Shown here one piece after another: positions 10,501-18,724 of a stretch of 36,372 nucleotides of DNA. Source of the stretch: Bilabrum cf. latius (Eukaryota). The DNA lies in contig CBCXTV010000011.1 in NCBI GenBank assembly GCA_965178125.1, forward strand, positions 1 to 36,372, in the 5' to 3' direction. Below the pieces are notes generated by a model. The model was not told the origin of the DNA. It worked only from the letters and a program-made list of their open reading frames with translations, and searched no databases. The position numbers and the translations under genes were made by a program. Position 1 is the first letter of the stretch, and every line of letters starts with the position of its first letter.

Positions 10501-13500
10501 CAAGGCACCTGCGTGGAGCCGAATCACCTCAATCTCGGTCTGTCGCGCACTGAAGGGATCGTCATCCTGCACGTCAGCGGGCTTCAGCCGATCGGCATCC
10601 ACACCGCTGACGGCGTCTCCCATTGAACCCATGGCATCTTCCCACACGTCGTCGTCGAACCGTTGGTAAGGCATCACAACGGCCTTCGGGTGCCCGCCAT
10701 CGTAGAACGAGTCCCGTATGCTCCTCTCGCGCGCCCGGGTGGTCTCGAAGCTCGTGCGCATCTGCTCAACCCTGGCACGCAGCGCGTGGGCACTGCCAAG
10801 CTGGTCCAACTGCAATCGCTGCTCAATCTCACCGGTCTTGACACGCTTGTACGCTGGCTCCTCATGCGACGACACGGTGACCATCGCCAGGAGCTCGCTC
10901 TGGTTGGTCGCCAAAGAGGGACACAACTGGGCCTTGCGTCCAAGCGTCCACTCATACCCCTGGTGGGCTGCAGCGGCCCACACACTGGCGCGCGTCGAGG
11001 GCGGATCATCGCGGTTGCGAACAAGGCCTCGGCGCGCACGCTCGACCTGCTCCTCGTCCAAGCGGTCGCGACTCTCATAGAGATGCTTCGAGTCTGCGGC
11101 CCCCACCGGGACGGTGGTGTATGGCATGACATCGTGGCGAATGAACGGTCGTGGGAGTTCGTTCTGGATTGGTGTGTCTGATGCGGAACCGGTGGGCTTC
11201 AGCCGATCGGCATCCACACCACCGGTCCCCTCTTCCATAGCCACAAGGTCCATGCCGTCGCCCTTCTGGTCAAGCAAGGGCGTGGCGCTGGTCGCACTCT
11301 GAGGGGCCAAGCGAGTCTCCAATGCTGTCGGTCGTTTCCGCGGTGCGCCCTGCTGACCGTCATCCCCAAGGGCGAGACTCGCAACCCTCTTCACAATCGC
11401 CTTGATGCACGAAGCCTCCGCCTCGCTGTGCTCGGACTCGTCGGTGTCGCCACCGGCTTGAATGCACGCCACCAACTGCTGCGCGTCCTCAGAGCTGATC
11501 TCGGCCTCATGCTCCACATGGTGGTTATCCGCCGCCTCGGGCGGAGGGGCTGTCGGCCTCGGCGCGCTGTTGAAGGCCGAGCCGTCGGGGAGCCTCGCAT
11601 AGTACTTGTCAATCCTCTGGTCGACCTCCTCGAGGCTCAGGCCCACGAGGCGCGAAAGCCACACCCTATCCTTGACAAAGTCCGGATGCGGCACCTCGAC
11701 ATTGAGCAAGCACTTGGGCGGAGAGCTGAGGCGCTCCTCTTTCTTCGTCAAGATCTGCCACAAGGAGGTGATGTCGCTCTGCTCCAAGCTGTGCGGATTC
11801 ATCCACTCCGTAGCGCGGGAGAAGCACTGCCTCGCCTTCTCCTTGATCGTGGCAACGTCCGGCGAGTCGGCCGGATCGATCGTCAAGCTCCGTTTCGGTC
11901 CCCACGGGAGATTCAACTGGTCCAACGCCGTCCCGATGCAGAAGGTATACACGAATCGGCACAGGGACACATAATCCTCCCGGAGCCACAAATAGGCCGC
12001 TGCAATCTCGTAGGCGTCGCCGATCTGTTCGTCTGTGGAGAACCAAGTGTCGAATGCATCAATGGCGTCGAAGATGTCCTGGAACCCACCATGTCCTTCC
12101 TCATATGCAGCGAGCAACCCGGACAAGCCTTTGTGCTCGTGCACGTACGTGTGGTTCTTGATCGCGACATAACGAGCCCGGGCCTTGAGAATGCCTGCCC
12201 GAAGGAGCAGCTCCGTGGCCGCCCAATCGACAATGAGCGAGCCCAGGTGGCTGAGACACTTGAGCTTGTCCTTGTGGCCCTCGTGACCGAACTTGTTCTT
12301 GAGATCGCACGCAACTCCAACCGCCAACAGGATGTCTTCATTGATCAGGTCTCTGGGGTCGTGCGCCCCTGCGAAATCCCGTAGGTGGATGAGCATTCTT
12401 CCCACTTCGAAGTCAATGTCAATCTGGCGCCTTCCATCCTTGATGTGCGTGTGCGCGTGCAGGAAACTCCTCAGGGCCCTCTCGCACTCCTCGTCGCAAA
12501 TCGGTTGACTGTACGCGAAGGGGTTCGGCTTGAACCAGTGGAGGACAACCATCAGCGTCTGCTCGATGGAAATGGAGCTCTCCAACACACTAGCCGTAAC
12601 CCATCCGCCGTCGTTCGTGCCCCATTGATCAATATGGTCGGCGAACGGATACGTCCTGGTGTTCTGCAGCGGGTTGTAACCGCCTGGGTAGAAGGACGTC
12701 GTCGGCGACCTGTGCTTGGCACGGACCGGGGGGAACATCGAAGCCGTGGCAGCACTTTCGGACGTATAGAAGGAGTGGCATCGCGGGCTGGGCTTCAGCC
12801 AATCGGCATCCGCACCAGCCTCGCCCATCGGCTCGTCACCGTCGCCGTCCTTCTGGCTTTCTTCCGGCTGCTTCGTGAGGTAGGCTTCATTGTTCACTTC
12901 TTCGGCGGTCTTCAACGTGAGTGCGAAGCGCTGGCTCCTTTCCTCGAGCACCTCTTCCTTCGTCTTGACGTCGAACAAGCCCTTGCCACCATTGGACTGA
13001 GGATCGAGGTGGTAGATGAGCTGGTCGAGCGTCGGGAGCGGCCACATGCCGCGCTGGAGGTGCTCCGCCCCTGGGATCATTCGATAGTGTAGCCTGCCGT
13101 TGCTGATCATCTCCAAGACAAGCCGTGCTCGAGCCCGCCACTTCTGACCCTTGTCGCCTGTGGCGGCCTCGTGAGCAAACTTGCGATTCCTCTTGTTGCG
13201 CTGGAAGTCGGCCTTGCTCTCGAACTGGCCCGGTCGCTTCCTCTGGTCGTAGCTGCCAGACCCGGAGACGACCTGAACGGCCTCCTGCTGCTGCACAAGG
13301 CTCAGCTCTGGCGACGAGAGACGCATGTTTGTTGGCGCGGCACAAGTCGTGGAGATGGCATTCCCGCCGGCGTCAATCAACTTCGAGCCGCTGGCATCGG
13401 TCAACGCGCCGGCCCTGTCATTGATCCAACCAACTTCGATCGCGTCGCGCGTGCCACCGGCTCCCTTCGGATGGTGGTTGTTCATCTCAATGGTATACGG

Positions 13501-14127
13501 CACGAGGAAGCTGTAGTCCAAATGTCGCCCGCCGCCGAGGGTGCTGCCCAAGTCGTGGTAGTGGCGGTCGACAAACCTCGTGCCCTCTGGGGTGACCTTG
13601 CCCTTGGCGACGACCGCCTGGTACTTCTGAGCCAAAAGACTCTCGGGTGCGCCATGTCCAAGCCGGGCCCTGGCGATCTGCTTGAGGTCCTGCCGCTTCG
13701 CAGAGCCGCTCTTGAACTCGTTCTCCAGGGTGCGCTTTCGGCTGAAATCATTGAACGGCGGGATGTCACCCTCATAGCTCTCGAGATCCATCACAAAGCC
13801 CGGCCTACATCGCACTGTCACCTTGGCGCACTTGGCCCGCAAGTCTTTGAAGATCCGCACATGGTCGTTGCCGTCGTGGAGAACGCGCGTGTTGAAGTCG
13901 CCTCCCTCGTCGAATCCAACGACGCACTCCGTCATGTCATTTTGCAAATCCACCGGGTCAATCTCATACTCGACAATGGCATCCCGGATAGCGTACTTGT
14001 CAACGTACTCCGGAGGCGTAGCCAAGAGGTAGACGTGGGTGATGTGCAAGTCCTCGGGGCGGAAGCCGTAGGTGGGAGACGTGCTGAAGCCCCGCCAAAG
14101 GTAAGCTGTTCGGCTTGGCGACCGCAC
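7513..14127 (-). CDS. Large extra ORF (2204 codons) downstream of pol; likely +1-frame continuation of ORF2; function mostly unknown
   Basis: 6.6 kb stop-free inside the LTRs, with no ATG at its start. The N-terminus (YLWRG...YGFRPEDLHITHVYL) appears to complete the ART-like domain begun in ORF2. Confidence 0.85.
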   Translation of the reverse strand: MRSPSRTAYLWRGFSTSPTYGFRPEDLHITHVYLLATPPEYVDKYAIRDAIVEYEIDPVDLQNDMTECVVGFDEGGDFNTRVLHDGNDHVRIFKDLRAKCAKVTVRCRPGFVMDLESYEGDIPPFNDFSRKRTLENEFKSGSAKRQDLKQIARARLGHGAPESLLAQKYQAVVAKGKVTPEGTRFVDRHYHDLGSTLGGGRHLDYSFLVPYTIEMNNHHPKGAGGTRDAIEVGWINDRAGALTDASGSKLIDAGGNAISTTCAAPTNMRLSSPELSLVQQQEAVQVVSGSGSYDQRKRPGQFESKADFQRNKRNRKFAHEAATGDKGQKWRARARLVLEMISNGRLHYRMIPGAEHLQRGMWPLPTLDQLIYHLDPQSNGGKGLFDVKTKEEVLEERSQRFALTLKTAEEVNNEAYLTKQPEESQKDGDGDEPMGEAGADADWLKPSPRCHSFYTSESAATASMFPPVRAKHRSPTTSFYPGGYNPLQNTRTYPFADHIDQWGTNDGGWVTASVLESSISIEQTLMVVLHWFKPNPFAYSQPICDEECERALRSFLHAHTHIKDGRRQIDIDFEVGRMLIHLRDFAGAHDPRDLINEDILLAVGVACDLKNKFGHEGHKDKLKCLSHLGSLIVDWAATELLLRAGILKARARYVAIKNHTYVHEHKGLSGLLAAYEEGHGGFQDIFDAIDAFDTWFSTDEQIGDAYEIAAAYLWLREDYVSLCRFVYTFCIGTALDQLNLPWGPKRSLTIDPADSPDVATIKEKARQCFSRATEWMNPHSLEQSDITSLWQILTKKEERLSSPPKCLLNVEVPHPDFVKDRVWLSRLVGLSLEEVDQRIDKYYARLPDGSAFNSAPRPTAPPPEAADNHHVEHEAEISSEDAQQLVACIQAGGDTDESEHSEAEASCIKAIVKRVASLALGDDGQQGAPRKRPTALETRLAPQSATSATPLLDQKGDGMDLVAMEEGTGGVDADRLKPTGSASDTPIQNELPRPFIRHDVMPYTTVPVGAADSKHLYESRDRLDEEQVERARRGLVRNRDDPPSTRASVWAAAAHQGYEWTLGRKAQLCPSLATNQSELLAMVTVSSHEEPAYKRVKTGEIEQRLQLDQLGSAHALRARVEQMRTSFETTRARERSIRDSFYDGGHPKAVVMPYQRFDDDVWEDAMGSMGDAVSGVDADRLKPADVQDDDPFSARQTEIEVIRLHAGALQGTTDTRRSEHYDRLFWRFGHATEMAYWHVAKIPGNKNGDSSQWETDCDNTYVPPGKEADVCFRAPKEWFLFGDGDPSQETSWDYWKAEWECPIRPYWWNLDDEWWADPKLVPHFKTPEGRQTLQRLQDGREVNGRRILGYCLYVNFLRPLDEGKEKDKDEVLEDLKRGTPEEDPFGFPYHIMCEVAPTPDLNPALYNQNCRFYKDGKEQDVFSRYEASEAGRIHKLRRRKLTDYGCCFTQTEGSVGLAADLVCDPLDPDKSFGQKVRAALRATNAAINAEEEKQKQHDQATRQHRALTSYDQQPGPVYDKDDFSLFGLGAYSQFYRVDEKELLGEVAMRNGKEQVVSSSTITMVGEALSTTWINGYARAASRPTSFRYREMAEKMAERMASKVHEDTCHSYRLLINDCRCQDEPIETGYMTEAKESGPWSIPHGSMGPVGVIGPLPPLTYGREIDKDNKGLRLLTGMFGFTSPADTVDAINARPANGGFVASLGQMSKNQTKAIGYQFESSSMVEPLAKSMFQFWVDGRRKKRRLANAFADFVPEKPRDEPDLEKWAAECTCAIGPVQSTSSTFFSMLSRFPDYYTPCRGVCELREKFSQQEHDQRERGNVVLRTAAQCKPSGQCYRRVEAGARAPKWPAIRSAHISLRDDDDSSDSDWYSESVHHKPWKPVRQNIVLQEAIETYITNNLQAIVDVPEIFFQWQPAYDHVLPWHLTLKEEVPKRYRNYWETEWSQGEWKRSYYQHLVRRDELGREECLYRPNERQDISFPVLWDNLSFIQAYIRRHRFLERRLQKAFPRARWFGGTYVSAKWLREHPDVAKWYFSLKGNGKLTDEDVAAFGDFHDEEAMTRISKIGTELFKEIAEKVGDRIAMMTVPEFIARIYQSAYTGKFPPIMHAMLGRHADHVMERIVNEVETVPLTSQEDDDDKDEEMSSASPSSETGARESKAPTNDTTAPMEDEDHRLGSLERLCWVADGQSERSVVKPRVVWMPIG

Positions 14128-17100
14128 GAAAGACGGCGGTCATGGGATGCGTGCCGTCCATGGCCAACATCGTGCCCTGAGGAAAATCCTGGGTCTCCGT
14201 CACCTGCGGATACTGACACGCCTTCTGGAAATCCTTGGTCATCCGCGCCATCGAGACTTCTGCCGACGGTCGTACCACAAAGGCTCCATTGATCATCTCG
14301 ATCGGGGGCCTCCGCCGCTGCTCCTCCGGGGTAGTGTTGCCGAGGTACCACGCACCGGCGGTGAGCGATCCGGTGCCGTAGCTCGGCGCAAAGCCGTGTC
14401 GGAGGATGAGCGGCACACACGAGGCCCACGTGCCATGGTAGAAGCACTCCGGCTCATCACCGAAGTCGCCCGGGATCGGGGTGCCATTGGGAATGCTCAT
14501 CATGTAGCCCGGCGGCATGACCGTCGCGGCAATCGAAAGCGTCTTCTGATACATCACCTTGTTGCTGGGCCACACGAACGAAGAATCCGGGTAGGATCCG
14601 GCATGCCGACACTCCAGGAAGAAATCATTGATCGAGGCGCGAGGCACATGCATCAACGGAAGGCTCACATCGGCCTGCTTCTGGACCGTCTCGTACTTGT
14701 ACGCGTACTCAAGCACGTCCAAGGAACTGACGGCCGTGTTGATGCTGCGGGGAGGCAGCAACTCCTCCTGCCTGATCAAGCTGGCCCGGAACGCTATGTT
14801 CTGATGGACCATGTCCGCGCTCGGAAGCCTGGAGTCCGGGAGCCGCTGCTCGTACTCCGGAAGGGCGACCCACGGATGGCCTTCACCCAAGTTCCGCTCG
14901 TACAGGAGCGGCTCGTCTTCGTACTCGTCGAAAGGCGGGTCCCATGGACCCCATCGCTGCTGCGCGTGCTGGTCCTCGTGGTGGTCCCAACGCTCATCGT
15001 CGTTCCATGCGTACTGGGCCCACCTAGCGTCACTCCACCAAGAGCGCTCCGGCTCCTGGTGTTGAGGCCAACCCCACTGCTGGCCCTCGTTGCTGGTGTA
15101 CGTCTGCTGCTGCGCCTCCCTGCCCGAAGTCCAGTGGCTACTGGATGACGACCACTGCTGTGTCGAGGAGGAGGCGCTGGGAATCGAATTCGGTTGACCG
15201 GTGGGGTTCAGCCGATTGGCATCCCCACCACCGGTCCAAGAGCTGCCGCTGCGCTGCCCGCTATTCCCGTCCGTCCATCCAGAATGCCAGCCGCTGCTGC
15301 CGGCCGACATCACGAAAAAGTATGATGCGACGGGTGATCTACTGGAGCGGGCGGTGCACGACACAACTTGGGAGCAGTCCCCTGGGACCGGAGTCCTAGA
15401 AACGGCTACTGGCGGGAGGACGCACACATAGTGAACACCATCCTCGGCAGGGCGAAAGCACGGACGCGGCGAATGGCTGTGAGAGATGACTGAATCGACG
15501 TGGCCTGCCGACTTCAGCCGATCGGCATCCGCACGACAGGCCACACGCATGTTGCTGTGATACGCCGCGCCATCGCCCATGTCGCCCACAGGCCGTTTCG
15601 CAGACCACACCTCTGATGCATGCTGAACCATCATGCTGCCGGACATCAACGTATGCAACAAATCGCGAGACACGGCCCCCTTGGTGAGGCCATCGGCTGT
15701 CATGTCGCGCGTGTCAAGCCAGACCATCGCAGACAAGACCCGATGATCCAAAAGCTCGCGCAAGTATTGAACATGCACGAACAGCGACTTGTCTGCCGGA
15801 ATCTTAACAGTGCTGGCGGTGACAGCTGCATAGACAGACTTGGCATCAACGTACAAAGACATGGGGACAAATCCGCCGTTCTCACGTCGCGCGCGCGCAC
15901 TCTCTGCTGTCATGGGCCCGGTCTCGACTTCGCGCAGCATTTGTGCGACCAGAATGCCCTGGTCGACCGCATCTCCCGCCGAGAGAAGCTCGGCGGCAAA
16001 CGTGCTGCGCGTAACATGCCTTTGCGACCGGCATGCCCACTCAATGACATGCGCTGGGGCTGTTTTGGTGAAGGAAGGATGTTGGCTGGTGGGGTTCAGC
16101 CGATCGGCATCCCCACCACCAGCCCGTCCGGCATCCTGCTGCTCTGCCTTGCCACTCGTTTCGCACCGGAGGAACAGCGCCCCTCGGAGGCTGTACCCGT
16201 CCTCCGGCTCCTTCTTGAATGCCGCGTCCGACACCACACGGAGGTGTGGGACGCTTGTCCGGTCAAAGGGTGCGAAGTGGAGTTTCTTGGGGTTGCGCTG
16301 CACCCAACGCAGCACCCGATTGAGCTTACGGGCATGCTCCACTCGTGGCTTGGCAACATTGCGCTGGAGCGCGCAGATGAAAACAAGAATATCAACACGG
16401 GTGTGTGCCAAGTATGCCAATGCGCCCAACAAGGATCGATACAGAGCATGCAATTCCGCCCCGGCCTCGTCACTATCGGCTCCGGACGAGACCTGTGGAT
16501 GCGCGATGGGCTTCAACGTGTTCGCAAAATGGATTTGGTCCAAGGTGACCGCAAGGGTCTTGGGGCATTGAACATGGCGCACACCACAATTGGTGAACTC
16601 ATACTTGTTCACCTTGAGTTCGCCGAAGACCTTCTGAATCTCGGTCAGGACCGTCTGGACAACTGCAGGGTCTCCAGCGAACTTTAAGTCATCAACATGC
16701 TTGGTCATTACCAACTTCAGATCCCCCTGCTTGTCATGGTAGTAGCACAACTCTTGGTCGATCGTACTCGGCTGTAGGCCGCACTTGTCCCTCGTGACCA
16801 TCTGCAACTTGAGAGAGAAGGCACGGGGTGCATCAACCAGGCCCGTGCCCGGCTTGTCACAGTGCAGCACCTCTGTGCGGGGATCGAAGGTCTCGAAGCC
16901 TGGAATCTGTCGGAGTTGGGACATGTTGTATGCCGGAAGATAGAAGTTAACCTCGCGTGCTGGCTCCCCTGTGAGCTTGGCAAGCTCCTCATACGTAACA
17001 CCCTGGAGGAAAGCCTTCGAGATGTCAGCGGCACAGAGAACCCAGCCGCGAAGAACGGCCTCCGACACAATGAGCTTCTGCGAGCCTCTGGTCGAGGTTC

Positions 17101-18724
17101 CAGCGTAGCGATCGATGTCCCACTTGTCAGCGTCCTTGAAGCCACGCACAGTAAGCCGTGCTCGGATCGTCCTCTTCGCGGTGGCAGACGAGTTCTGGAA
17201 GCCAGCCTTGGTTGCATCAACAGTCTGTTCCTCGTACTTGAATTTAAACACCCACCGCGTGTCGATCACATTCCACGCTTCCGTCTTCGGCTTCCGGCTG
17301 AAACACTGCAGCTTCGCCCAAGTCTGGAGCTCCTTGAGCATGGCTCCCTCGATTTCCGGCCAATGTTCATTGACCTGCTGGGGAGAGAGAACATCGTCGT
17401 CCCGCTGTACCACGGCACGCCTGGTATTGTTGGTCTCAACCTTCAGCACCAACTGCTCGTTGGACCGGACGGCCTGGCCGCCGGTACACATGAGATTCGC
17501 CGTGGGATAGGGGACGATGAGCTCCACACTGTCACCGAGCGTCTCGGGGGCATGGAGCGTGGAAGTCGTGTGGCCAAGGACATTGAGCTCGAGAAAGAGT
17601 TCCAGCGGGAGACGGTCTTCTGGTTGAAAGGAACTGTGAGGATCTGCCGGCTTCAGCCGATCGGCATCCACACGGCAGTCCTCGTTTCCCGCATCGCATG
17701 CCTCTCCCGTCGTGCCTGCCAACAGGACCATCTCGAGAACCTGCTGCATAGCCGGGTCCTCATGGACAAGAAACTCGGAAAGGAGAGACTGCCTGGTCCC
17801 ATCGCTCTCGTCCAGGTCGCTACTGCGCTCTTCTGGGATTGTCGACAACCTCGGCGCACTATCAGTGGCAACCGACGATGTACCCGACAGGACGGCACCG
17901 TTTTGCTGGGCCTGCTGCTCGACAAGGTCCACAGACTCCGCGTTGCAGTAGAATTGGATCACGCAGTAATTCGCCCAACATGGGCCCACTGCGGCCTGCA
18001 CGGAGAGTCGTGGTATACGGCCGGCGTGGTCTGCAACCTGTTCGTGGAAGACATACGGACCACCTCCCCGTGGCCACATCATACTGACACACAACTCATG
18101 TCCATGCGTTCCTCCGATGTGGCGCACTCCAACGCCGGCTTTGACCGCAACAACGTTGTCGAGCTGAAGATGGTTCTCGCCAAAGAATCGGGCCGCGCAC
18201 AAGAACTCCGCCCTGAACTGCGGCGAGAGCGGGCTCACGGTCCTGCGCCAGCCACTTGGCGTCTTCTCCGGGCCCAAGTTGATGGTGGTGCCTTCATTGA
18301 TCTGGTTTACCATTCGCACCACGGTCGACCACACAGTCCGATGCACGGGGCTGTTGTAGGTCGCGTAGGAAAGGTCCAAGGTGAAGTAGGAGAGATGGCG
18401 CCTGACATGACGTATCGCCACCTCATACAATCCCCGCAACCATCGCAATGTGATCATGCCCCGGGACAGGTTGGTCAGGTCGACCACAGTGGCTGGGCCA
18501 TACCATCCAGAGACGTCCTTGGTCGATGGCTCCCGGAAGAAGTCGACTTCGTCGCCCAACTGAAGATTGAGCTGCTCTCCGGCCATCGTCGTACGAGTGT
18601 TGAGCGCCCGACTGATCCTTGCCTGGGCCGACCCCTCGACCACAGCCTGCACTGGGCAGGACATGCGGCACTCGACCATAGACGGCATTGTACGGAGTCG
18701 AACCATTGACTGTGAGAAGCGCAT
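14000..18724 (-). CDS. Copia Pol part 2: integrase C-terminal domain, reverse transcriptase, RNase H, low-complexity linker, ART-like domain
   Basis: IN C-terminus (GDEVDFFR...WYGPATVV). RT: IDTRWVFKFK, RARLTVRGF, ADISKAFLQG, GLVDAPR, HVDD at 16688-16699. RNase H: SDAAF, RSTFAAE, YVDAKS, ADGLTK. ART-like: FYHGT...GF...DFQKACQYP. Confidence 0.93.
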   Translation of the reverse strand: MRFSQSMVRLRTMPSMVECRMSCPVQAVVEGSAQARISRALNTRTTMAGEQLNLQLGDEVDFFREPSTKDVSGWYGPATVVDLTNLSRGMITLRWLRGLYEVAIRHVRRHLSYFTLDLSYATYNSPVHRTVWSTVVRMVNQINEGTTINLGPEKTPSGWRRTVSPLSPQFRAEFLCAARFFGENHLQLDNVVAVKAGVGVRHIGGTHGHELCVSMMWPRGGGPYVFHEQVADHAGRIPRLSVQAAVGPCWANYCVIQFYCNAESVDLVEQQAQQNGAVLSGTSSVATDSAPRLSTIPEERSSDLDESDGTRQSLLSEFLVHEDPAMQQVLEMVLLAGTTGEACDAGNEDCRVDADRLKPADPHSSFQPEDRLPLELFLELNVLGHTTSTLHAPETLGDSVELIVPYPTANLMCTGGQAVRSNEQLVLKVETNNTRRAVVQRDDDVLSPQQVNEHWPEIEGAMLKELQTWAKLQCFSRKPKTEAWNVIDTRWVFKFKYEEQTVDATKAGFQNSSATAKRTIRARLTVRGFKDADKWDIDRYAGTSTRGSQKLIVSEAVLRGWVLCAADISKAFLQGVTYEELAKLTGEPAREVNFYLPAYNMSQLRQIPGFETFDPRTEVLHCDKPGTGLVDAPRAFSLKLQMVTRDKCGLQPSTIDQELCYYHDKQGDLKLVMTKHVDDLKFAGDPAVVQTVLTEIQKVFGELKVNKYEFTNCGVRHVQCPKTLAVTLDQIHFANTLKPIAHPQVSSGADSDEAGAELHALYRSLLGALAYLAHTRVDILVFICALQRNVAKPRVEHARKLNRVLRWVQRNPKKLHFAPFDRTSVPHLRVVSDAAFKKEPEDGYSLRGALFLRCETSGKAEQQDAGRAGGGDADRLNPTSQHPSFTKTAPAHVIEWACRSQRHVTRSTFAAELLSAGDAVDQGILVAQMLREVETGPMTAESARARRENGGFVPMSLYVDAKSVYAAVTASTVKIPADKSLFVHVQYLRELLDHRVLSAMVWLDTRDMTADGLTKGAVSRDLLHTLMSGSMMVQHASEVWSAKRPVGDMGDGAAYHSNMRVACRADADRLKSAGHVDSVISHSHSPRPCFRPAEDGVHYVCVLPPVAVSRTPVPGDCSQVVSCTARSSRSPVASYFFVMSAGSSGWHSGWTDGNSGQRSGSSWTGGGDANRLNPTGQPNSIPSASSSTQQWSSSSSHWTSGREAQQQTYTSNEGQQWGWPQHQEPERSWWSDARWAQYAWNDDERWDHHEDQHAQQRWGPWDPPFDEYEDEPLLYERNLGEGHPWVALPEYEQRLPDSRLPSADMVHQNIAFRASLIRQEELLPPRSINTAVSSLDVLEYAYKYETVQKQADVSLPLMHVPRASINDFFLECRHAGSYPDSSFVWPSNKVMYQKTLSIAATVMPPGYMMSIPNGTPIPGDFGDEPECFYHGTWASCVPLILRHGFAPSYGTGSLTAGAWYLGNTTPEEQRRRPPIEMINGAFVVRPSAEVSMARMTKDFQKACQYPQVTETQDFPQGTMLAMDGTHPMTAVFRAVAKPNSLPLAGLQHVSHLRLPPRGLAHHPRLPLGYASGVR
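14030..14450 (-). other. Gig2/PARP-like ADP-ribosyltransferase-fold domain spanning the ORF2/ORF3 junction
   Basis: FYHGTWASCVPLILRHGFAPSYG...TKDFQKACQYP...AVFRAV resembles the YHGT..I...GF..S...SRD..KA..YP pattern of Gig2/NEURL4-like ART domains. By-eye similarity only. Confidence 0.65.

Noticed and set aside
12585-12625. Tpt1/KptA-like DGGWV motif in ORF3
   Set aside because: Single short motif with no supporting LRH or RxxxGH motifs.
12792-15227. The GCCGATCGGC palindrome as a strictly required DNA site
   Set aside because: Two copies break the palindrome (GCCAATCGGC, GCCGATTGGC) at predicted loop positions while the stems are retained.
16862-18709. Long plus-strand ORFs opposite the retroelement genes (also 8977-10626, 13171-14292 and others)
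   Set aside because: Antisense shadows expected from GC-rich codon usage; no motifs.
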